DNA of 64,000 nucleotides from Patescibacteria group bacterium (GTDB lineage Bacteria; Patescibacteriota; Microgenomatia; UBA12405), in NCBI GenBank assembly GCA_023380755.1, contig JAMCSD010000006.1, positions 252,735-316,734 on the forward strand. Reading direction: 5' to 3'. Made by a program: the position numbers and the translations under genes. Each line of letters starts with the position of its first letter. The first letter of the stretch is position 1. The notes beneath the pieces were generated by a model that was given only the letters and a program-made list of their open reading frames with translations, was not told the origin of the DNA and did no database searches. Of this stretch, positions 26,682 to 34,102 are shown piece after piece.

Positions 26682-26687
26682 TTCCTC

Positions 26688-28448
26688 ATGAATGGTCGAG
26701 ATTTAAAGGCAAAATACATCAACTTTTTTGTTTCCCAGGGCCACATCGAAATCCCTAGTGCCTCCTTGGTGCCGGAAAACGACCCCACCACTCTTTTCAT
26801 CTCCGCGGGCATGCACCCCTTGGTACCTTACCTCTTAGGCCAGCCTCACCCCCTGGGTAAACGGTTAACCGATGTCCAGAAATGCGTCCGCACGGGTGAT
26901 ATCGATGAAGTTGGCGACACCTTCCACCATACTCTTTTTGAAATGCTGGGGAATTGGTCGCTCGGCGATTATTTTAAGAAAGAAATGATTGCCTTTTCTT
27001 TTGAATTCCTGACTCAGACCCTAAAATTACCCCTATCAAAATTAGCCGTCACTTGTTTTGCGGGTGATGATCAGGCTCCTCGTGACGAAGAAAGCGCCCA
27101 ATATTGGCAGGAGCAGGGAATTAGCCCGGAGCGGATTGCTTTTTTACCTAAAGAAAATAACTGGTGGGGCCCGGCGGGTGCCACTGGTCCTTGCGGCCCG
27201 GATACTGAAATGTTTTATTGGACAGGTACGGACCCAACCCCGGCCAAGTTTGATCCCGGCAATGACCGCTGGCGGGAAATCTGGAATGATGTATTTTTAC
27301 AATACAACAAAACTGCCGGGGGGAAATATCTGCCGCTATCCCAAAAAAATGTCGACACTGGCATGGGGGTCGAGCGCACCACTGCCGTCTTATCCGGTTT
27401 CGAAGATAATTATTTGACTGTTATTTGGCAGCCTGTTATTAAAAAGATTACCGAAATCACCGGCCACCCTTATTCTGCTGCTGATTCTCAACGGTCGATC
27501 CGGATTATTGCTGATCACCTCAAAGCCGCTGTCTTTATCATCGCCGATGGAGTTGAACCCTCCAATAAAGAACTGGGTTATGTCCTGCGCCGACTCATCC
27601 GTCGGGCCATTCGTCATGGCAAAATACTCGGATTGGAACAAAACTTTACTTCACTGATTGCCGAATCGGTCCTTGATAACCAAGATAACTATGCCGGCAT
27701 TTACCCGGAATTAAATGCCAATCGGGAAAAAATTATAAGTGTTTTAGATAACGAAGAAAACAAATTTCGTCAGACTCTTAACTTGGGTTTACAAAAAATC
27801 CAACAGCTCATTAATCAACACCATAAGGTCACTGGTCACCAAGCTTTTGATCTCTACCAAAGTTTTGGTTTTCCCCTGGAAATGATCGAAGAGGAGTTAG
27901 CTAAAAATAACCTGACTCTTAACCGGGAAGAATTTGACCAGTCCAAAGCAGCTCATGTTGAACAATCCCGCACCCTCTCGGCCGGCAAATTCAAATCTGG
28001 TTTGGCCGACCATTCGGAGATAATCACTCAGTATCACACTGCCACCCACTTGCTCCATTCTGCCCTCCGCCAAGTTTTGGGCACCCACGTCCAGCAATCC
28101 GGTTCCAATATCACTGCCGAGCGTCTCCGTTTTGATTTTACCCACCCCGATAAAGTCACCCCCGAACAGCTAAAACAAATTGCCGAACTGGTGAATCAAA
28201 AAATTTCCGAAAAATTACCCGTCACCATGGCCATGATGCCGTTTACCGCGGCCCAAGCCGCGGGCGCTCTGGCCTTTTTTGGGGCTAAATATCCCGGAAC
28301 GGTTTCCGTCTATACCATCGGTAATTTTTCCCGTGAGGTCTGCACCGGGCCTCATGTAAAAAATACAGGAGAACTAGGGAAATTTACTATCACTAAAGAA
28401 GAATCTGCCGGTGCCGGAAAGCGCCGGATTTATGCCGTTTTGAGCTAA
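26688..28448 (+). CDS. alaS: alanine--tRNA ligase, short form lacking the C-Ala domain
   Basis: 586 aa. Catalytic core (FF..QGH..IPSASLVP..DPT.LF..AGM, MLGNWS.GDYFK) and editing-domain motifs HTATHLLHSALRQVLG and CTGPHV. The protein ends right after the editing domain. Confidence 0.93.
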   Translation: MNGRDLKAKYINFFVSQGHIEIPSASLVPENDPTTLFISAGMHPLVPYLLGQPHPLGKRLTDVQKCVRTGDIDEVGDTFHHTLFEMLGNWSLGDYFKKEMIAFSFEFLTQTLKLPLSKLAVTCFAGDDQAPRDEESAQYWQEQGISPERIAFLPKENNWWGPAGATGPCGPDTEMFYWTGTDPTPAKFDPGNDRWREIWNDVFLQYNKTAGGKYLPLSQKNVDTGMGVERTTAVLSGFEDNYLTVIWQPVIKKITEITGHPYSAADSQRSIRIIADHLKAAVFIIADGVEPSNKELGYVLRRLIRRAIRHGKILGLEQNFTSLIAESVLDNQDNYAGIYPELNANREKIISVLDNEENKFRQTLNLGLQKIQQLINQHHKVTGHQAFDLYQSFGFPLEMIEEELAKNNLTLNREEFDQSKAAHVEQSRTLSAGKFKSGLADHSEIITQYHTATHLLHSALRQVLGTHVQQSGSNITAERLRFDFTHPDKVTPEQLKQIAELVNQKISEKLPVTMAMMPFTAAQAAGALAFFGAKYPGTVSVYTIGNFSREVCTGPHVKNTGELGKFTITKEESAGAGKRRIYAVLS

Positions 28449-28467
28449 TCTGTAGTATCCTTAAGTA

Positions 28468-30672
28468 ATGGATCGTGATCCCAAGCTTTTTTGGCTCATC
28501 ACTTTGGGGGAGACGGCAGTCAATGTGTCCCTGGTTGCGGCTGGCCCCACGGTGGTCATTCAGGCCAGCTCTCGTGATTTACCCTGGTCAGAAAATGGTG
28601 AAGACGTGGTCACGGCCACCGATAACGCTATTGCCGCCTGCTCGCAGCAATTGGGCCTTACTCCGGACCAAGAACCCGATAAAGCGGCTTTTATTATTTC
28701 TCCGTTTTGGGTCGCCGGTGACGGCCGGATTATCGACAATAAAATTAAATTAATCGAGACTATTTGTAAGCAATTGAGATTTAAGCCGATGGGTTTTATG
28801 CCGTTTGATGAGGCTATTGTTGAAGAAGCTAATTCTCAAGATGGTATCCCTGCCAGCTTTGTTTTGGCCTATGTCGACAGCAATCAACTCATCGTTTCTT
28901 TGACTTATTTAGGCAAAATTAAAAAACGGATTCGGAAACTGTATTCGGGGCATTTTGATCCGGTTCTGCTGGAAACCAGTATTATTGAAATGAATGTTGA
29001 GTCGGCCCTGCCGCCGCTCATAAATCTTTGTGGGCAGGTCGACGACCTCATTGGTCAGGCTGTTAAAAATTACCCTTGGGTCGGCAAAAAGAACATTGAA
29101 ACCTTTTTGCATTTACCCGAAGTTAAGGTTATTTCCAAAGAAGATTTAACCCGTTTATATGCCCGGATTATTGCCCGGCAAATTACCCCTCACGGTCCGG
29201 CCGTCACCAAAGAAACTCCGGCACCCTCTGAAGAGCCAACTCCCGTTGTCTCCCCATCTCCGGTGGCCGAAACCCTTGTCCCCGAACCGGCTATTGGCGA
29301 GGTTTCCCTAGATGATTTTGGTTTCACCCCGGTAGTCGATATCCCGGAAGCTCCATCTGTCCCGCTTCCTAACCCCGAACCGCTACCCCCTCCCGCTGAA
29401 TCAAATGTTCCCTTGCCGGCCGCCTATTCCGAATTTGTTCCCGAGCCTGAAGAACCAGCCATTATTCCACCCCCACCCAAAATTCCTTCCGTTCGCCTCC
29501 GGCCGCCCAAAATTTCCTTCCCCTCGATGAGTTTGCCGTTATGGTTGTATATTATTGCCGGTAGCGCCATCTTTATTACTCTGGCTCTCCACGCCGTCTC
29601 TACTGCTGCGGTCGATATTTATGTAACGCCTTATACCTTCAGCCAAAAAGCTACTGCCATTGCTGCCACCCAAAATGTCACCGCCAGTTCCGGGTCCATC
29701 TTTATTCCCGTCGAGCAAAAAACCGTCGACGTTTCCGTTTCCGACTCCTTACCCGCTACCGGTAAAAAAACTATTGGGGATAAAGCCCGCGGCGAAATCG
29801 TCATCTTTAACAAGCAGGACAAAACTCAAAAAATTACCAAAGGAACAGTCTTGGTAGATAACAATTTAAAATTCACCTTGTCTACTGATGTCCAAATTGC
29901 TTCCAGTAGTTCCGACCTTGACAAGGGGGTAATTACCCTGGGGCAAACCCGCGCCATGGTTGAGGCTGCCGACATCGGGCCCGAATTTAACCTTCCTAAA
30001 GATACCGCTCTTAACTTCAAAGACGGAGCTTACAGCCAGCTTTTAGCTAAAGTGAACACCGCCTTGGCCGGTGGTTCCAAACAGGACATTAGTGCTGTTA
30101 GCAGCGATGACCGTACCAAATTAGAGTCCGCCCTGACTCAAAAAATTAATGAAGCGGTCCAGGCCCGTGTCCAATCTGATTTTGGTTCACTGGACTTAGC
30201 GCTTCCCGGGACTACCGTTATTAAAAAGAACAAGGTCGAGTTAAACCGGGAGGTTGGCGAGCAAGCTGATGAGGTCCAGGGTTCAGCCACCGCCACCATC
30301 AGCATTCTTATCATGTCTCCAGATACCAAAAACCATATTATTGATGAATTAGCCAGCCGCGATCCCAAATATAACGAAGTCAACCGTACTGATGCCTCTT
30401 TTAACTTACTATTTACCACCAAAAATTCCCTCGATAACCAGGCTGAAGGCGATCTGACCCTAAGCGGCTCAGCTCCGCCGACTATCGATACCTCACTCCT
30501 TAGGCAGCGAATCCGACTCCATCCCAGCAAAGACGCCAAAAGCATTATCCGCCAACTGATACCCCGGGCTTATGATGTCCGCCTGACAGTCCACAGTCTC
30601 AGCCCGCTGAAAGTCATTGATCTTTTACCGGCCCTCCCTCAAAATATAAAGATAACTATTCACGCTGGTTAA
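28468..30672 (+). CDS. large bitopic membrane protein: cytoplasmic N-domain, Pro-rich linker, TM helix, large ectodomain (hypothetical)
   Basis: 734 aa. The Pro-rich segment is encoded at about 29215-29520. The TM helix is LPLWLYIIAGSAIFITLALHAV. The ectodomain repeat pattern (GKKTIGDKARGEIVIFNK...) resembles baseplate-J-like ectodomains from memory, which I could not verify. Confidence 0.6.
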   Translation: MDRDPKLFWLITLGETAVNVSLVAAGPTVVIQASSRDLPWSENGEDVVTATDNAIAACSQQLGLTPDQEPDKAAFIISPFWVAGDGRIIDNKIKLIETICKQLRFKPMGFMPFDEAIVEEANSQDGIPASFVLAYVDSNQLIVSLTYLGKIKKRIRKLYSGHFDPVLLETSIIEMNVESALPPLINLCGQVDDLIGQAVKNYPWVGKKNIETFLHLPEVKVISKEDLTRLYARIIARQITPHGPAVTKETPAPSEEPTPVVSPSPVAETLVPEPAIGEVSLDDFGFTPVVDIPEAPSVPLPNPEPLPPPAESNVPLPAAYSEFVPEPEEPAIIPPPPKIPSVRLRPPKISFPSMSLPLWLYIIAGSAIFITLALHAVSTAAVDIYVTPYTFSQKATAIAATQNVTASSGSIFIPVEQKTVDVSVSDSLPATGKKTIGDKARGEIVIFNKQDKTQKITKGTVLVDNNLKFTLSTDVQIASSSSDLDKGVITLGQTRAMVEAADIGPEFNLPKDTALNFKDGAYSQLLAKVNTALAGGSKQDISAVSSDDRTKLESALTQKINEAVQARVQSDFGSLDLALPGTTVIKKNKVELNREVGEQADEVQGSATATISILIMSPDTKNHIIDELASRDPKYNEVNRTDASFNLLFTTKNSLDNQAEGDLTLSGSAPPTIDTSLLRQRIRLHPSKDAKSIIRQLIPRAYDVRLTVHSLSPLKVIDLLPALPQNIKITIHAG

Positions 30673-31419
30673 GTGAGTTATCTCTACGTTAAAAAAACTA
30701 CTTCGACAGTCCGAGCGCGCCGAAATCCGGCTCGTCCTCTTAAGGTCAGCCCCTTTCGCAAAAAAGTAATGGCTCTCGTTTTGTTTGGAATTGGTTTCTT
30801 CACTCTTTTTTCAGCTATTTTCCCGGTTGTCCGTTTTCAGCTGGAATATGCCTCTAAGTTCGGCCAGATCGTCAATCCCTTATCGGCTCGATTCTATAAC
30901 CAAAACGGCAGCATCTTGGGTGATTACAATACCGATTACACTCAACTGTCCAACTGGTTTATTTCCTCTACCACCTTACCCCAGCTCGCCAACTCCGATG
31001 GTTCCTTAATCCAATATCATATCTCCATCCCGGCCGCCAAGGTTGATGATGCCGTGGTCACTCTGGGGGATATGGACCTTAAAAAAAGCTTAGTCCAGTA
31101 CCCGCAAACCGCCCTACCTGGACAATACGGCAATACTGTCATTTTTGGCCACTCCGTCCTCCCTCAATTCTTTAACCCCAAGTCTTATTTAACTATCTTT
31201 TCCACCCTCTACCGTCTCAAGATCGGCGATGAAATTTATGTAAAATACGATAATATTACTTACAAATATCTTATTGAAGATATGTACGAAGTCCAACCTA
31301 CCGATCTTTCCGTCCTGGAACAGCGTTATGATGGTCGCTATCTTACGCTTATTACCTGCAGCCCCCCCGGTACTTGGTTGCGACGCTTAATAATTAAGGC
31401 CAGCCTCGCCGATTATTAA
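30673..31419 (+). CDS. sortase family transpeptidase
   Basis: 248 aa. N-terminal TM anchor and the catalytic triad context VIFGHSV, LTLITCSPPG and WLRRLIIKA. GTG start abuts the upstream stop. Confidence 0.85.
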   Translation: MSYLYVKKTTSTVRARRNPARPLKVSPFRKKVMALVLFGIGFFTLFSAIFPVVRFQLEYASKFGQIVNPLSARFYNQNGSILGDYNTDYTQLSNWFISSTTLPQLANSDGSLIQYHISIPAAKVDDAVVTLGDMDLKKSLVQYPQTALPGQYGNTVIFGHSVLPQFFNPKSYLTIFSTLYRLKIGDEIYVKYDNITYKYLIEDMYEVQPTDLSVLEQRYDGRYLTLITCSPPGTWLRRLIIKASLADY

Positions 31420-31421
31420 CT

Positions 31422-31784
31422 ATGAATGCTTTAGGGATTGATTTTGGGACTAAGATGGTTGGGACGGCTATTTGTATTGGCGGCATTATTACCCCTTTAA
31501 AAAGTCTCCCCAACGATCCTAGATTGTTTTCCGAAATTAACGCCATTATTTCCGAGTACCGTATTGAGCGTATCTTTATCGGCCTTTCCGAAGGTCGGAT
31601 TGCCGCACTTACCAGAGATTTCATTATTGATTTAAAGGCCCATACCCATATTCCCGTGGAAACTGTTAACGAAGCCATTTCCACCATTGAAGCTGGAGAA
31701 TATATTAATCCCAAAAAGAAGCATTATAAAAATAAAGTTGATGCCATCTCCGCCGCCATCATCTTAAAAAGAGCATTGCTATAA
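31422..31784 (+). CDS. ruvX: putative pre-16S rRNA nuclease / Holliday junction resolvase-like YqgF
   Basis: 120 aa. Contains ALGIDFGTKMVGTAI and IERIFIGLSEG, followed by a C-terminal DAISAAIILK. Confidence 0.8.
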   Translation: MNALGIDFGTKMVGTAICIGGIITPLKSLPNDPRLFSEINAIISEYRIERIFIGLSEGRIAALTRDFIIDLKAHTHIPVETVNEAISTIEAGEYINPKKKHYKNKVDAISAAIILKRALL

Positions 31785-31814
31785 CCAAAATTCATCGCTA
31801 AAATCTAATTAGCT

Positions 31815-32015
31815 ATGTTCAAAAATCTAATTGCTCCTGTTCAGGTCTGGCTTCTGTCCCAAAAGCGCTGCGTTGGCTGCGGCACCTCGCTTTCACTTGG
31901 CAGCTCGAAAAAGGTCAAGTCTCTGGAGACGATCACCTGCCGTTGTGGTCGGATTTTTGTCCATGATCCGGCCAAAGATTCCTATCGTCGGGCATTAATC
32001 GAAGAAATCAAATGA
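31815..32015 (+). CDS. small zinc-ribbon protein (hypothetical)
   Basis: 66 aa with CVGCG...CRCG. Its stop overlaps the mltG start (ATGA). Confidence 0.5.
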   Translation: MFKNLIAPVQVWLLSQKRCVGCGTSLSLGSSKKVKSLETITCRCGRIFVHDPAKDSYRRALIEEIK

Positions 32016-32977
32016 AACGATTGCTCTTGTTTGTATTCTCCTTCGTAGTTTTGGTTGCTGTCGCGGCCCTCTTATTCCTCAGTGAAGCTTCACCGGTAAA
32101 CCCTTCAGCCTCTGCTACCAAGGTTTTTATGGTCAACAAAGGTGACGGCATTAAGTCCATTGCCCGGAGGCTGGAAACTAATGGCTTTATTAAAAACCGT
32201 TATATCTTCATTGCCCACGCCTATCTTTTGGGTCTAAACCAAAAACTTCAGGCCGGCGCTTTTGAACTCAGCCCTTCCTGGGACACCGACCAGATCGTAG
32301 CCAAACTTTCCTTGGGAGGCCGCTTCGATACCTGGGTCAAAATCATCGATGGTCAACGCAACGAAGAAATCGCCGCCACGATCAATCAGGATGATTTATT
32401 TTCCGCCTCAGATTTTTTGGCAGCCGCCAAAGACAAGCAGGGCTACCTTTACCCTGACAGTTATTCTGTTCCCATCGGCAGTTCTCTCGACCAGTTCTTC
32501 CACATGGTCAACGATAATTACACCAAGAAGTTGGCTACCATCAAATCCGATGTCCCCAATCCGAAGTTGTCTGATGCCGAATCAGCAACTTTAGCTTCAC
32601 TAATCGAAAGGGAAGCCCGGACATTGACCTCCAAGCAATACGTCGCTGGTATCCTTTTAAACCGTCTTAATGCCGGCATGCCGCTGCAGATCGATGCTTC
32701 GGTGCAGTATGCTCGTGATTCCCGCAATTCCCACCTGGCTGATTATTGGCAGCCGGTCTCTAAAAAGGATTTAACTATAGTTTCCCCTTATAACACTTAT
32801 CTTAATGTTGGACTGCCGCCCACTCCCATCTGTAATCCCGGCTACGATGCTTTATATGCTGCTTATCACCCCATTGCTTCCGACTATCTTTTTTATTTAA
32901 CTGGCAAAGACAACCAAATGCATTATGCTAAAACTTTGAATGAGCATAATGCTAATGTCGCCAAATACTTAAGATAA
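32012..32977 (+). CDS. mltG: endolytic murein transglycosylase MltG (YceG-like)
   Basis: 321 aa. N-terminal TM helix, then LASLIEREA, LQIDASVQYA and SPYNTYLNVGLPPTPICNPG. Confidence 0.88.
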   Translation: MKRLLLFVFSFVVLVAVAALLFLSEASPVNPSASATKVFMVNKGDGIKSIARRLETNGFIKNRYIFIAHAYLLGLNQKLQAGAFELSPSWDTDQIVAKLSLGGRFDTWVKIIDGQRNEEIAATINQDDLFSASDFLAAAKDKQGYLYPDSYSVPIGSSLDQFFHMVNDNYTKKLATIKSDVPNPKLSDAESATLASLIEREARTLTSKQYVAGILLNRLNAGMPLQIDASVQYARDSRNSHLADYWQPVSKKDLTIVSPYNTYLNVGLPPTPICNPGYDALYAAYHPIASDYLFYLTGKDNQMHYAKTLNEHNANVAKYLR

Positions 32978-34063
32978 AGTTTTACCTTCTTTTTTGTTCA
33001 CCAATTTTTCTAAAATTAACCACCGGCGTTTTTTTTCTTTTCGGGGTATATCGTCGGAGTATAATTTTGCAGCTACCGTCCCGGGACGTGGCGAATATTT
33101 GTTAAGATAGGCAATTTCAAAGCCCACAGCTTTACATATTTTGACTGTATTCTTAAAAGCCTCCTCGCTTTCACCCGGGAAGCCGATAATGATATCGGTA
33201 CTAAAGCGGACCTTTTTGACTTTCTTTTTAATTTTCTTCACCAACTGCAAATACTCTTTGGCAGTATAACCCCGGTTCATCTTTTTTAAAATTTCATCAT
33301 CGCCAGATTGGAAGGGCAGATGGAGCAGCCGGTCAATATTCTCGTGGCCGGCAATAACTTCAATTAATTCATCGGAAAAATCCCAAGGATTACTGCTGAC
33401 GAAAGATACCTTGGTTAACGGTTCTTCGGCCACCCGCGATAATAATTCCGGGAACAAACTTTTAAATCTTTTTTTACCCATCGAGACAAAACTACTTTTA
33501 GTTAACTCACTGCCATAGGAGTTAACATTTTGTCCCACCAGGACCACTTCCTTAAAACCCTGTTCGATGACTTTGTCGATTTCCTGTAAAATCTCCTCCA
33601 TCGGTCGGGACACCTCCCGCCCTCGGGAATAGGGGACGATGCAATAAGAACAAAAATTATTACATCCGCTACTAATGGGAATTAGTGCTGCCTTTCGTTT
33701 GTTTCTGATCGGCTGAATGTTAAAGCTAATTTTCTTGATCGGCAAAAACTCGTCCACCTGGGGTAATCTCTGCTTTAACTCCCGCAATCTTTTTCCCGAC
33801 TTATCTTCGAAGGCCAAACCGGCAGCACAACCGGTGACAATAATTTTTGCCTTAGGATTTAACTTATGAACATTATTTATCAGGCCATACGCTCTGTTTT
33901 CCGCGGATTCTCTTACAATACAGGTATTAATAATTACCAAATCAGCTGTTTTCCAATCTGTCGTTTCCCGGTGACCTTTTTGAAAAAAAAAGGTCTTTAC
34001 CCGCTCCGAATCAGCCACGTTTTGGGCACACCCAAAAGTCTTAATAAAAAACAACTTCCCCAT
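32969..34063 (-). CDS. radical SAM methylthiotransferase, MiaB/RimO/MtaB family, without a recognisable TRAM domain
   Basis: 364 aa. UPF0004 N-domain (FIKTFGCAQNVADSE...INTCIVRE...GC) and radical SAM motif SSGCNNFCSYCIVPYSRG. The protein ends shortly after SPRPGT. Confidence 0.85.
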   Translation of the reverse strand: MGKLFFIKTFGCAQNVADSERVKTFFFQKGHRETTDWKTADLVIINTCIVRESAENRAYGLINNVHKLNPKAKIIVTGCAAGLAFEDKSGKRLRELKQRLPQVDEFLPIKKISFNIQPIRNKRKAALIPISSGCNNFCSYCIVPYSRGREVSRPMEEILQEIDKVIEQGFKEVVLVGQNVNSYGSELTKSSFVSMGKKRFKSLFPELLSRVAEEPLTKVSFVSSNPWDFSDELIEVIAGHENIDRLLHLPFQSGDDEILKKMNRGYTAKEYLQLVKKIKKKVKKVRFSTDIIIGFPGESEEAFKNTVKICKAVGFEIAYLNKYSPRPGTVAAKLYSDDIPRKEKKRRWLILEKLVNKKEGKTLS

Positions 34064-34068
34064 TTCTT

Positions 34069-34077
34069 ATTGTATCA
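34069..34077 (-). promoter_or_regulatory. extended -10 promoter (TGaTACAAT, minus strand) 5 nt upstream of the methylthiotransferase ATG
   Basis: The minus strand reads TGATACAAT-aagaa-ATG (ATG at 34063-34061), with no SD. This implies a leaderless transcript. Confidence 0.5.
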
Positions 34078-34090
34078 ACAAAAATATATG

Positions 34091-34096
34091 TATAAT
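34091..34096 (+). promoter_or_regulatory. -10 box (TATAAT) 6 nt upstream of the ATG at 34103
   Basis: It lies back-to-back with the minus-strand -10 box within a 39-bp divergent spacer. Confidence 0.4.
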
Positions 34097-34102
34097 GATC
34101 AT

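Noticed and set aside
29749-29763. LPATG pentapeptide in the 734-aa protein encoded immediately upstream of the sortase.
   Set aside because: The motif is internal, about 300 aa from the C-terminus. It is followed by KKTIGDKARGE rather than a hydrophobic helix and basic tail, so it is not a canonical sorting signal. One such pentapeptide is not unexpected by chance across the roughly 20,000 codons of the window. It remains worth testing only because of the adjacency.
33866-34102. ORF-track start at 33866 for the Pro-rich protein (487 aa).
   Set aside because: The first 74 codons lie antisense within the methylthiotransferase gene. A TATAAT box at 34091-34096 and in-frame ATGs at 34088 and 34103 give a start in the intergenic spacer.
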